From NCBI GenBank assembly GCA_013239625.1, contig MU054001.1, positions 7,398,174-7,462,173 of the forward strand: a DNA stretch of 64,000 nucleotides, read 5' to 3'. The notes under the pieces were generated by a model, which worked only from the letters and a program-made list of their open reading frames with translations, was not told the DNA's origin and made no database searches. Shown here piece after piece: positions 1 to 12,060 of the stretch. The first letter of the stretch is position 1; every line of letters starts with the position of its first letter. The position numbers and the translations under genes were made by a program. The DNA comes from Lama guanicoe (Eukaryota).

Positions 1-7
1 TACTTGC

Positions 8-888
8 TGCAAAAAGCTTTATTGTTTCCATTTGGTCCAAGGCTTGGGAGAGGGCTCCAGGATGGTTATAAAGCTGCCTAGTCACTGCAGAGAGAGGCTT
101 CAGGCAGAAGTCCCAACACCAGGGGTCTCCACAAAGGCCGCTGGGTTGCAGAGGCTCCTAGTTGTGCTTGAAGGTGGGCCTTTCCAAGAGGTACGCGCCC
201 AGCCCAGCCTGGGGACCATCCAGCCTGCGGAGATGAGTCAGATGATCGCCCATCTTCCTGACACGTTTCACCTCCTTATCCAGGAAGTGGTTCTCCAGGA
301 AGTCACAGAGATGTGGGTCTGCATGCATAGAACCCAGGGTATGCAGATCCAAAAGGGCCTGGTTTAGGTTCTTATCCATGATAGTGGCAGCTTCCATAGC
401 ATCCTGGTTTTTACATGTCTCATCTCGAGATGGCATCTGCACATTTTGGAAGAGGGCACAGCTGCTGTGATGGTTTTGCATTTTCAAGAGACGCTAGGTA
501 TCCTCACACTTCTTCTCAGCCAATTCATGCAGAAAGTGGCCCAAGCGCTCCAGAGCCACATCATCATGGTGGAAATAGAAGCCCAGAGACAGGTAGGTGT
601 CAGAATCCTGCAGATGCACATTGACAGGTGATTGACGGCAGCCTCCACCTCGGTGGAATAATTCTGACAAATCTGGGAGCTCATGATTGATGAGTAATAA
701 GGAGTTAAGCTCAAAAGATTGTGTTTGCTGGTCCCAGAGGCCAAGGATAGCAGAGTAGCTGGTTCTGAAGGTTGTGATTGGAAAAAAGTTGAAGGGGGGT
801 CAGAGGCTGGAGCAAGGAGCATTCCTGGGTCTGTTCTGGCCAAACACTTTTGAAGCAACAGATCCATGGGATCGCTGAACACACTGCC
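8..888 (-). pseudogene. FTL: Processed pseudogene of ferritin light chain (5'UTR with IRE, intronless frameshifted CDS 684->158, 3'UTR)
   Basis: Minus-strand translation gives [20 protein letters not shown], then after frameshifts ...[35 protein letters not shown]...[26 protein letters not shown], which is FTL-like. ATG is at 684-682 and TAG at 160-158. There are no introns. A frameshift near 625 splits the CDS across ORFs. The AATAAA signal is at 23-18. Confidence 0.95.
826..868 (-). promoter_or_regulatory. Degenerate iron-responsive element (IRE) of the FTL pseudogene 5'UTR
   Basis: Minus strand reads TCTGTTGCTTCAAAAGTGTTTGGCCAGAACAGA. This matches the FTL IRE (TTGCTTCAACAGTGTTTGG) except that the loop CAGTGT is AAGTGT (849-844). 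Confidence 0.85.
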
Positions 889-1030
889 AATTTCTTAGTT
901 TTGATTACTGTACTGTGGTTATGTAAGACATTAATATTACTTGAGGCTAGATGAAAAGTATATGAAAACTTTGTGCTATCTTTGAACTCTTCTATAAATC
1001 TAAAATTATTTAAAATTTAAAAAATTAAAT
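889..1030 (+). mobile_element. Ancient L1 (L1MC/L1ME-like) 3'-end fragment flanking the pseudogene
   Basis: Resembles old L1 3' termini (TGTACTGTGGTTATGTAAGA...CTTCTATAAATCTAAAATTATTT) and ends in an A-rich tail. Recognised by eye. Confidence 0.55.
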
Positions 1031-1429
1031 GCATGATTATGTATATACATATGGTTATATGTATATGTATATATAATACATCATTTATACCACAAGTTAT
1101 AGTAGAAATCAGGTTAGCACATCCTCAGTGCTTTTCTTTCTACCAACACTTCAGCATAGGAGCAGAGGAATGACTCTGTCTACACGCACCTTCCTCACTC
1201 TCTATATTCTCAGGTTTGGCCTCTCTGGGCCTCAGTGGATTCATCTATAAAGTGGGAGGTTAGGTTGTGGATCTGTAAGTCCTTCTCAGATTGAGATATC
1301 AAACTCTGAGGATGCCATCCTCATTTGCTGGATGATAATAGTATCTCAAGCCACTGAGGCCAACTTAACACTTGTTCTGCTTCCTGCATGGTAGGATTGC
1401 AGAGTAGGAGGCAGTCCTAACTACTATAA

Positions 1430-1555
1430 AAACAGCTAAGTCTTTGCTGTGTGCTGGGCACTATTCTGAGCCCTGACTAAACCCTCAGCACAACTATCGG
1501 TATCAGCATCCCCCCTTTACAGATGAGAAAGCTGAGGCCCTGAGAGGTGAAGGGT
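1430..1555 (-). mobile_element. MIR SINE fragment
   Basis: Contains the MIR core CCCCCTTTACAGATGAGAAAGCTGAGGCCCTGAGAGGTGAAG. Confidence 0.7.
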
Positions 1556-2236
1556 GCTGCTTGGGGGTATGCTGCTCAGAAGGGGCACAGCACTTGAGCT
1601 CTGTATGATCCTACAAGTGGTCCCATGCTGGAAGGAGCAGGATGGAGGCCCTGGAGACTTTGATGAAGCCCAGATGAAGGCAGGGACAGAGCCTGCCTCC
1701 TCTCCCCAGTTGGGAACAGTGCTGCTGGCTGGTGCCTGCCCCTCTGTGCCCAGGCCCCCTACAGGCCACGTTCTCAGCCCCAGACCCGGGTCCTGGCACA
1801 GGAACACTTGGGGGAGGGAACAATTTAGCGACTTGCTGACTCCAGAAGCGATTTCCTTTCAGCTGCCTCCCTGGGAACAAGGGGACTATCTCTCTCTCTA
1901 CCTCCTGTCTAACTCCTCCCAACCCAGCTCTTTATGGATGGTGTGGGCTCATGGGTGCCTGCATTTCACTTATTTTGTTTCCTCTATTGGCTTTACAAAA
2001 ATTACCAAGTGATAAATACTCATCATAAAAATATTCAAAGAACACAAACATATAATGGAAGCAGTGAAGCACCCCCTTCCTCCTTCCCTCAGGCCTCCGT
2101 GGCCTTCCCCTAATCCCACTCCCTGGGGGCAGTTGCTGTGAGCAGCATTTTCTGAAGATGTGGCACTAAATTTTGTTTACGCTAAAAATAGGCCCCATGA
2201 GAACCAGGACTGTGTCTTTCTTGCTCCTTGTTGTTC

Positions 2237-2569
2237 TGTGGACCTAAAGCTGACTGTCTGATATTTCTCCAGCGAAGATAGGTTTATTCAAGATCAGCAA
2301 AGAATTGCAATTCGGAGTCTGCAACCATGGTGAGTCATGCACAGGTCCCCGAGTGGCAAAGGAAGGTGCACACTTTTATAGAGGGGAAAGGAAGCTGGGA
2401 GGGCTAAACAAAGAGTCCATGGCTTTTCATTGGTGGAGTCCTTTCCAGGAAAGAAGAAGAGTCTTTCTTCTTCCTAATGGACTCTGCTATGGCTGCAAGG
2501 CATCAGAGCCCCCCTCTTTGGTCTCCCAACTCTATTTAAATGGAGTTTCTGTCTATTAATTTTTTTACA
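2237..2569 (-). mobile_element. ERV1-class solo LTR (333 bp) inserted into an L2 3'-end relic
   Basis: Has TG...CA termini and an exact 4-bp target-site duplication GTTC (2233-2236 and 2570-2573). AATAAA lies on the minus strand at ~2283-2288. Flanks look like L2 3'-end sequence (ATATTTGTTGAATG...GAATAAATGA). Confidence 0.8.
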
Positions 2570-3869
2570 GTTCCCAGAAGAGGGCCTGGGTAGGTGGCCA
2601 GTCATATTTGTTGAATGCTAGATGAATAAATGATTAGTTTCATAACTTTTTCCTCCTAAGAAACAGAGCTATTGACCTACTTCATTCCTCTTTAGGGATC
2701 ACTGGGAAGTCCATGATCCATAAGTACCTTAATGTATTTAACCATCTCCTTATTAATAAACACTAGGGTATTTTTGTAGCGTTCCTCTTACAAACATGAT
2801 GCAGTGAGCCCTCTTTGACAGGTATCTTATTAGGCATGAGTTACTACTTCATAAGGGAGATTCTCTGGTGTGGAAGTGCTGCATCAAAGGGTATGTTTAA
2901 AATCTACCCTAGAGATATGAAAGGGTCTGTGGGAGCTGGACAGAGGGTGTGGATCTGTTGCTGGGGGAGAGTACCCAGAGGTTCTATAAGGTCATGAGTG
3001 CTTTCTGTTGGTGTTAAATTGGCATCTCCTGCTTAGGCTTGTGTTGGGCTTATAAGGAGAGCAATTTCCTTTTTTAGGGTCTTGGCCAATGAAACTCAGT
3101 CTGGCGACCTGCAGGTGGCTTGAGGTGGCAGATAAGGGTGTCTCTACCTGGGCATTTAGGACTCTTTATTGGAACTCTTACTATAGTGCTTGGTTTTCAA
3201 ATTCCCTTTACTGAATTGGCTTCTCTGTATCTTCCAATCATTGTGATGCAGACTGGAAATGCCACCCTCATTTTACAGAAGATGTAAATGACAGCCCAAG
3301 TCACACACTCCCCAGCAGAAGTAAAGGCAACTCTGTTTACTGACTACTGGGAGGACAATTGGAAATTATTGTTCTCCTGGGGTGATTTTTAAAGGGGGAG
3401 GATGTCCTTAAGTATTTGAATAGGTGCCTTGTCTTGGAAGGAAAAAAAAGTGAAGCCAATCTGGTGTCGAATCTGTAATGTCTTTTGGTCCCCAAAAATC
3501 TCCTCTGAAGACAGCACACAGATGGAGAAGAGATTTGAGAAAATAGAAACCAGGCTGCAGAGATACCAGTAAGAAATGAATGTCCTCTGAGTCTTCTCAG
3601 CTTAGGTCTTGGGGAAGTTAAAGTATTGCTTCATGTAAAGAGACAGTTGATGATTTTAAAATTATTTAATTTTGTCAGGGTTGGTTTACAGTTCAGTTTA
3701 CTGTCCTCATCAGAGGGTCTGATAACAAGACCAACATCAATGGCAACGAAACGGCCTGAAATGAACATCATTTTTGACTGAAGTCTCTGGGGAGCCCCTT
3801 CCACTCCTTTTATTCAAGAGGAACTCCTCAGAGACGACCAGGGCTTTTACAGGAGTGAACAGCAAAGAT

Positions 3870-4115
3870 CACCCCTCGCTGAGCTGGTAGCTGCTGAGTC
3901 TGGAGCTGCTGATAGCCTTCTAGCCACTGTACAGGGACAGTCTCCTTGAAGATGAAGTCAGTGTGCTAGGAAACTGGATGAGAGATGAAGAAACATAGCC
4001 CCTGGATCCAGTTGTTCCTGGAGCAAATCAATCCTGGACTTCCCAGCTAAGAGAGTGAATAAATCCCCTTTTGGTTTTATCTAGTTTGGTCTCCATCACT
4101 CAAGGACTCATTAAG
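3870..4115 (+). mobile_element. MaLR (MLT1-like) LTR fragment
   Basis: MLT1-type 3' portion: CCCTGGATCCAGTTGTTCCTGGAG...GGACTTCCCAG...AATAAATCCCCTTTT. Confidence 0.55.
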
Positions 4116-4182
4116 ATTTATCTTAGGACACAAACTATCAAGCACAAGTATTATAATAATTACTAATTATGATTCTACCAAT

Positions 4183-4495
4183 AATTTTTAAATGGGGGTG
4201 TAATTTGTATACAGTAAAATTCAGGTCTTAAGTCCTCGAATCATTGAGTATTGACAAATGCTTGCACACCCCTATTAAGACATAGAACAATTTCATCATC
4301 CCTGGAAGATCCCTTGCGTTCCTTCCTGGTCCATCCATCTTCATCTCCCACCTCAGGGACAACAGCTATTTGGAAGTCTTTCACTAAAGATTTGTCCTGC
4401 CCGTTTTAGACCTTCCTCTCAGTGAAATCAGGCAGTATGTGCTCTTTCATGTCCGGCTTCTCATTCAACGTGAAGCTTTCAGATTCATCTACATT
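4183..4495 (-). mobile_element. Ancient L1 (L1ME-like) 3'UTR fragment
   Basis: Motifs typical of old L1 3' ends: AGACATAGAACAATTTCATCATCCC and CAGTATGTGCTCTTT. Confidence 0.55.
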
Positions 4496-7400
4496 CTTCC
4501 AAATAACACTCAAAGTATTTACACCCTCCTGCTGTGCCAGACTCTGTGTTCAGCACTTTCATGTTCTTTATCATAATATCTTTGCATAATCCCATGGTTT
4601 GTGGTTATCATCCCCATTTTGCAGTTGAGGAAACCGAGGCTTAGGTTTAGTTATGTGCTTGGATCTTAATGCAGGTCAGTAGATCAGTCACAATTCAATC
4701 TCTGGTGCCTGGCTGCAGAACCCGAGATGCAGAGATCCTGGTGCTGTGTCTTCTGCCCAGGGCAGGTCACATACCACTGGAAACAAGTCATTAACCATCT
4801 CTCCCAAATCCCTCTTTGGCCTCCCAGCTGCTCCTTCCCATTCTGTGCTCGCTATCCTTGGACCCAGGCTGAGACCTCATCTCCTGTTCCACTCATGGGG
4901 GAGGGATCACCTTCACTCACCCCAATGTGAGTGAGCTGCAGGGAGGGAGAGCCCAGGGTGTGGAGAGCTCTGCTGTCCCAGTGAGTTACTGCCCCATCTT
5001 CATCCTCTTAGTGATGAGTGTGTACAAAACCTCACTCATAAATATGGTTACATTTCTAGGCCTGTCTATGGAAAGAAAGATTATCCATGGCTATAAAAAG
5101 GGGAAGGTGAATTTGGAAAAAATCAACTGCCACCCCAGATAACCCAAATTAAATAAAAGCCCTTCCATCTAAGGTGACACCTGATTCAAAATTGAATATT
5201 TTGGAAGTGTGCAGAGCTATTAGTCATGACTCACAAATATGCCCCAGAGTTATGAGGGCTGCTTTCTGGGCCCCGCGCACCAGCCGAGCAACCCTCTGCA
5301 CCGCCAAGGGTTTGCTGGGAGGCCGGATGTTACTCAGCCCACACAACTGCAACATAATTGTGGCTCCTGGTCCTGCCCACTTCCTGCCTCCCTCTCCAGA
5401 CCCTTCAGCCTAGACTCCTTGAGATCAGGGACCTGAAAGGATAATTCTGGTTCTCTGGGAAGGGGGTGGGTTAGAGAAGAGAGAAGACAGCTGTGGGCAG
5501 GTTGACCACCTGGCTCTGAGGGCATGTGGATTGGCTATCCTGTGGGGCGAGGGCAGAGGCAAGGAACTGGCATGCAGCTTCCGGTCTGAACATAATGATT
5601 TGCAGGACCAACTGGGCTATATCTGCAGGTTCACCGGCAATTTCGGTTGCTCAGTAAACACAGCCTGTGAGTCAGGAGTCGGTGAACCACGGGCTCAGAC
5701 CCGTATTAAGATCATGCTTGGACAGTAGCTGGCAGTCGGGAAACCAACTGTATCACTTTTGATTAGCACATCACAAGCTTCCAGGTTTGCTGGGGCCGCT
5801 ACATTCTCTTCCAGAATTCACATTGCAAATGATTGTAGTCTAAAAACAAATAAGCCCTGGGCTTTTGCAAAGAAAGAAAAATATTCTGTATTTGAGGATA
5901 TCCCCCACCACACACACACACCCAGACTTGGATCCCCCTTCCAATCCATATGAAGGTCTCCCCACCTTTCTCCTTGCCCTCTGCCCTCCCCTTTTCTTGC
6001 TTCACTAGGGCTCATCCTCCTCTTTCTGAGCCTGGCTTCATTTCCACAGCCGCTTTATTCAGGCTTGAACTCCCAAGTGCCAACACCGGTGCACACGCTT
6101 CCTTCTACATTTTTTAAAAGCAGCAACAACCATGATAGTAGCGACAATAATAACAATGATACTTACCAATCAGCAGCCACTTGCTACACCATGTTAAGCA
6201 CTGTGTTAAGTACCTTATAAGCACGATTTCACGTAATTCCAAAGCAGTTCTTGGGGGCTGGTGCTACAAACATTACTCCCAACTTGCTAGTAAGGAAATG
6301 AGGATTTGAGAAGCACACTCACTTGGCTGAATTCTCCACGGCAGTGACTGGTAATCTTGAGCTTGGACCGAGGGTATCTGGCTCCAGAACCCAGGTTCTT
6401 AACATCTGTGCGTTACTGTTTTAAAGAGTAACATGTGATCTTCAACAGCATTCTTCAAATCTTGGCTTGTGACCCAGAAAGTCATTTTAGTGAGTCATAA
6501 ACTTTTAAAAACAGTCAACACTAGTCTCCAGTTGGGAACCTCAAAATACATCGTCCATATTAAGGACAAATATGACTTCTTGACACTTTATTTCAATTCC
6601 ACACAAACATGAATGCACATACCTGTTTACAATGTAAATTCTACCTCCTAAATTTGGTCAAAACAAAACAGTCTGGGCTATGAGGTCCCTCTAGGAACAT
6701 GCTGGCTGGGTTTTGTCCTCTCTTTTTCCTACTTTTCCTAATTATTATCATTTTTAATGGTAGTGATTTCTCCTGATTCTGATGGATGTGAAATTGCTTA
6801 GCAAATTCTAAAATGTGATGCATCAGCAAAATCCAGGTTAATTTTTACTCTTTCTGAGTGGTTTTGTTCACGTATCCAGGGGCAGGTGGAGGGGGAGGGG
6901 TCATGGGACTGTCATCACAGGCTCCGAGGTAGTTTCTCATCTCACTGCCTGTGGCTGCTGCCACCTGTCAGCCCTCAGGGTACCATTTCCTCCAATAAGA
7001 AGCTCCATGCCCAGAGGTTAGTGCTTAGGTGACAGGAATAGAAAAGCTCTTAGTACTTTGGGAAGTGTTTCCAGGAGGATTTGGCCCTGTCAGCCTTTTC
7101 CCAGACATCCAAGGGCTAGCCAGGGCTGGAGCAAAGGTGCCCATCCCAGCAGCTGACTCTTAGTTTCCTGGGGAGTGTAGTGTGAAGTCTGCTGGCTCAC
7201 CACCCATCCAAGCTCCCCTTCTACCATTCCTCAGGCCAGGCCTTTGTTCAGCTATCCTTTCACAGGTCAGAGAAGAGCTCTGGGACTTGATTCCCTGTGA
7301 CAATCTCCACCATCAGTGCAAGAGTCACAACAATCCTATGGTTTTACGTGGGGTCTTGTTTCTGACAAACTCAAAGCAATTTCTTGGATGTTGGGCTCAT

Positions 7401-8049
7401 TTCTTCCAAGGTCTTTGTGGAAGGTGTGGTTTCCCTGACAGCTTTTGACACCTGGGTAATGTGAAAGGATGATGATTTGGAAGTTCTGGCCTTGATAACC
7501 AGTAGAGTGTGGGCTGAGGTTGGATTTGGCTCAGTTTAGTTTCCCAGACCTTCCCATCTCTGATTTCTGATTCTGATTTCTCAACCTTATTCCATTATCA
7601 CATTCCTAAAAGTCCCTTTTAGACATTTCTCCCTCTTTGCCTTCAACCCACCTGTGAAATGTCAGTACCACAGATATACACACTGCATGTCTGCTTATGT
7701 ACTGTATGTAATTCTGCTTATACATAAAAAGAGTAAGGTTTTTTCACCCCCCACTCACCCAGAAGCCAATTTTTACCCTCTTGGGTATGCTTCTGCTCCA
7801 TAGAGAATGCAGGCTGTAGTGAGATGGAGAGGACAGGCCTGGCCTCACAAGGCCTGGGCTCCAGGTCTGTGCACTAGTGCAGGGTAGCAGCATCACCCTC
7901 TCTGGGGTTACTGTGAAGACTAAAGGCCATTCTGCAAGTAAAGCACTTAGCACATGCTTCGCACCAGTGAAACCCTCATAGGTACTATGGCATCATTACT
8001 AGTGATGATCATAAGAGTGAATGTGTCCTGGGAAATTATTGTCTGATGG

Positions 8050-8250
8050 CATTTAGAGCTCTTCATAAACTTGGTGACAGCTCTGTGGCAATCCTGTGAG
8101 GCAGGGACTGCCATTATCATCTTATAGAGAAGAAAATTGAGGTGAAGACATGTTGATTTATCCAAGGTCACATAGCTGGTAAGTGACAGAGCCAGCATTT
8201 GATTCCAGAGCATCTGGCCCCTGAGCCTACTCTTAACTGTGAGACCATGT
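8050..8250 (-). mobile_element. MIR SINE (further MIR relics at ~4530-4720, ~6180-6410, ~9380-9600, ~19000-19130)
   Basis: MIR core-like AAATTGAGGT...TTATCCAAGGTCACATAGCTGGTAAGTGACAGAGCCAGCATTTGA. Several of the other sites carry the CCATTTT(A/G)CAG(A/T)TGAGG signature. Confidence 0.7.
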
Positions 8251-8564
8251 ACATTAGTCATGTAAGTACAATGCTAGTGGAAACGTTAGGATGAATACTT
8301 TAACTTCTTCAAAGATGACAAGTGGCCTCACCGGTGTGTTGGCTTCAAATGGTTCTGGTCCCTATGGTCCTCTCAGGACTTCAAATGAACTTTCCTGATT
8401 CTTTCTTTGCAAGCAGAGCTGCCTAAATTGCTGATAAGGATCAGTTATTTGAGTTCCCACTTGGCAGCCAACTCAGGGGAACCACTCAGGCATCCCCTCT
8501 GACCACTCTTCCCTCTTTGGAATGAAGATAGCGCCGAGTGTGGGCCGCCTCTGTGGAGATGTGT

Positions 8565-8642
8565 GTTGCTATGGCAGCAGCTCCTGCCTCCTTCCTACCC
8601 TTTCAGAGGTGCTCTGACACAGGCAGCAGTTTCCATGGTAAC
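8565..8642. promoter_or_regulatory. Pair of RFX X-box-like palindromes (candidate enhancer)
   Basis: GTTGCTATGGCAGC at 8565-8578 and GTTTCCATGGTAAC at 8629-8642, both in non-repeat sequence. Confidence 0.45.
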
Positions 8643-10800
8643 AAGCTGAGTGGAGGATCCATGAAGAAAGGACTGTGTGTTCTGACATGAGGGGATGGAA
8701 AATGAATCCTGGACATTTGGAAGGCTACCCTTCCATGGTCAAGGCAAATGACATCATCACTGCAGGAATGGCCCCAGCAGGTGGAGTATTAGAGACATCA
8801 GTGTTTCTTAGCTTATTCTCCCCTACAAGTTCAGCTTTTGTCTTTTGTCTTTTTTTTTTTGGTAAGGAAAATGTAAGACTTCAGAAAATAAAACGAAGAG
8901 GAGGCAACTTTAGTTAGAGTGTATAATTCAGTAGTGTATAATTCAATTACTATGCATGCAATAGATCCAAAAATAAACTTTTAAACATGGTTCCAAGCCC
9001 CTGGGAGAAGTTTCAGAGGATGAAAAGACCAATGCTCTGTCCTATTTGAAGCTGTTCAATGACCAGTTGGAAAAACCCCTTCCCGCAGACTGCCAGCCCA
9101 CAGCTGCTATGCCCCTTCAGAGCCCACGCCTTTTCTGCTGCCAGGAGGGCTGGGCTGCTCTGCTCTCCTCCCTGGGGCCATGGCTGTCTGCACCCTGGGA
9201 TCTGGTCCCACACATTGACACTCTGCCCTTTGCAGGCTTTCAAGGTAACAGGAGGTGTGGGAGCAAAGTCCAGTATTATAAGCAGAGGCTCAGCAAGGAG
9301 AAACCACGTGACAGTGGCAAAGGATTTGCATCTCTTGCTGCATCAGGCTATGGGATAAGGGAGGGGACAAGCTGGCTACTGCTGACTGAGAGCTTACTAC
9401 GTGCTAGGCTTCATTCTAAACAATTGACATCTATTGATGCATTTAATTTTGCCAGCAAACTGATGAGATAAATATTATTATCACCATTTTACAGATGAGG
9501 AAGTAAGCACTGAGAGCTTGAGAAGATTACTCAGGGTCTCACACATAGTAAATAGCAGATCTGGCATTCAGATCACACATCAGGATGCTAGATTTGGGCT
9601 GTAGCTTTCTGAAGAAACCAAATGAGTGTAACCAGAGAAGGCTGGGGAGAAGGTGAGCTTGCTGCCAGAAAAGGTTTATGAGTGTGATCGGTCCAGTTTG
9701 GGTCCTATGTCAATGCCCAAACTGATTATTGAATCATGACGTTTTACTCACATTGGCCAAATCTGGCTCATGTGCCCAAATTTGGCACCATGTAATGGTG
9801 GGAAAAAGCTAACCATTGGTAAGAAAAGACCTCAAATGAAAACCAGGGGCCATGAGCAGAAGAGGGTGTGGGTGCTGGAGAGGAAAAACAGCTGCTGTTC
9901 TTAACCCTGCTCTCTGGGATATACAGAGAAACAGCGACCAGCCACTCACAGCCAAATCCTGCACCACTTCGAGAGCCCAGCTTTATAAGGCATGGATGTG
10001 AATCAGTCTCTCCTCTCCCCAAGGAGGAAGCAGCCAGCCAGTGGCAGCTGTGCCAAACTGGTTGCAGCCGGGTCCCCATCTGCCCCACTGGGTGGGACAC
10101 ATGGCTGTTTTGATACCTACTTTCCTCCTGACTCGCCCTTGCACTGCCTCATTCCCTCCGCTTTCTGTGTCTCTTGTCCACTTCTCCTCACAGTCGCCTT
10201 ACTCAGGCTCTTTCATCAGAAGTGCTTCAAATCTTTCATCTTCCCAGTCTGCCCACCCTTCTCCTGACATTTTCCCACCATCACTAAAAACCAAAGTCTG
10301 CATCTCCACCACTTTCTGTGCTTCCTTATGGCCCCAGCCCAGGTACATAAGAGCCCAGAGGCTTTTCTGGGCAGGTCTTTGAGCATTTTGAAGCATGTGA
10401 TTCAGGGAACTGAGAGTCAGGGAGGTGAAGTATCTCTCATTCAGGGTTTTTTTTTTTTTTTGCAAAGGGGTGGCAGTTTCAGAGAGGTCTTTGATGCCAG
10501 ACCTCTTTCCTCTCACAGGAAAGCCTAGAGGAAGAGCTCAGTGATTCTCTCTATAGGTATTTACCTCATCCCTCGTGACCCATCCTTCTCTGAATTTCCA
10601 TGTAATCTCATGGATACTTTGGCTCCTAGGACCTATCTCCTTCTGTGGCTCCTAGATTCCTAAGGAAATAGAAATTCAGCAACTTTGCTTGGTTGCAGAA
10701 TTTTTAGAGATTTCATTGCCTACAGTATCCTACATTTCAGGGAAATTAGAGAGCATTTAGATAGAAAGATGGCTGTGAAAAGCCACATGACAGGCAGGGA

Positions 10801-11153
10801 CTATGATGGACTCATGTCCCCCATTCAAATTCTCATGTTGAAGCCCTGACCCTCAATGGGATGGTATTTGGAGGCTGCGCCTTTAAGAGGTCATTAGGTT
10901 TAGATGAGTGCGTGAGGGTGGTGCTGTCACCATGTGATTATCTCCTCTTACAAGAAGACTAGGAGACAGAGCTCCTTCTCTCTCCATGAGCACTTACCGA
11001 GGAAAGGCCATGTGAGCACACAGACAGAATGCGGCCATCTACAAACCAGGACCTTGAACTTCCCGGCCTCCAGGACTGGAAGAAATAAGTTTCTGGTGTT
11101 TACACCTCCCAGTGTGTGGTAGTCTGTGACAGCAGCCTGTGCAGGCTGAGACA
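10801..11153 (+). mobile_element. MaLR solo LTR (MLT1A/MST-like)
   Basis: Characteristic text CAAATTCTCATGTTGAAGCCCTGACCCTCAATGGGATGGTATTTGGAGG...AGAAATAAGTTTCTG...GTGACAGCAGCC...GAGACA. Length is ~350 bp. Confidence 0.8.
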
Positions 11154-11303
11154 GGGATGCTAATAGCAGAAGCCAGCCTTGCTCCTTTGTTCAGGGAGCC
11201 CTGCCAAACTTCCTGGAGCTCAATGACCAACTTCCAAAGCCTAAATTCTTGATTTCGTGTATCAGGTAAGGGAGAAATGTAAATTCACTACTTTTCCACA
11301 TGA

Positions 11304-11662
11304 GGTGGTCATTAGTACTGTTCAGGAAACATTTCTGTTCTCCTGACACAATGCAGGATTGCATGGCACTGCCCCCTTAGAGTTAGATGTGCACCTGAGA
11401 CACTCTGGGCAACAAAATGTGCCTGGCCTCTTCAGGGGAAGGCTGTGAGTGCCAGTGTGTGATTGATCACGTTCCTTCCTTCTCCCTTGCCCTCTGCCAT
11501 GAGAACCAGCATTAAGAAGCAGGCTACTCCATCAGCCTCAGTCCTGGGGTCAGGAAACATGATGAGACCACCTCCCCTCCTATCTGCTATGGACGTGTGC
11601 CAGGAGTACCATGTAAGTCTCTGCTCTGATGGAGCAGCCCGCTCCAGTCCGCCCTGACTGAT
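11304..11662 (+). mobile_element. Older MaLR LTR (MLT1I/J-like)
   Basis: Motifs GGCTACTCCATCAGCCT, TCCCCTTGCCCTCTGCCATGAG and terminal CCTGACTGAT. Confidence 0.55.
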
Positions 11663-11789
11663 GGTCAAGTCCTTTTACAGAGGGGCTGTAAGTGGATCAA
11701 GGCCTGAAGGCACATTTGTTTAATGGATATTTTCTACTCCATTAGCCTAAAAGATTCTCTCCTCCACCCACCAACCCTTCCTATGGCTC

Positions 11790-12060
11790 TATCCTTACCT
11801 TCCAGGTCTCAGCTCAAGCATCACCAGGGGACTTCCTTGTCACCAAGCTCCTCCCAGTCATGTCACACCTTCATCCTTCATCCATCATATCACTTATCAA
11901 AGGATGATATAATCCTGGTTATTTGCTCCCCCACCAGAATAAAAACTCCCAGAAGGCAAGGACTTTTTCTTGTGTACCACTGAATCCTCAGTCCTTAGAA
12001 CCAAGGCTGGCACCTCCCACTTCAATATAGCTCTTTGAATGAAAGAACAAGTGGATGGGA
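11790..12060 (+). mobile_element. L2 LINE 3' fragment
   Basis: TCCAGGTCTCAGCTCAAGCATCACC...AAACTCCCAGAAGGCAAGGACT...TTGAATGAAAGAA is typical of L2 3' ends. Confidence 0.6.

Noticed and set aside
32..631. Plus-strand ORFs overlapping the FTL pseudogene
   Set aside because: These are antisense shadows of the former FTL coding sequence.
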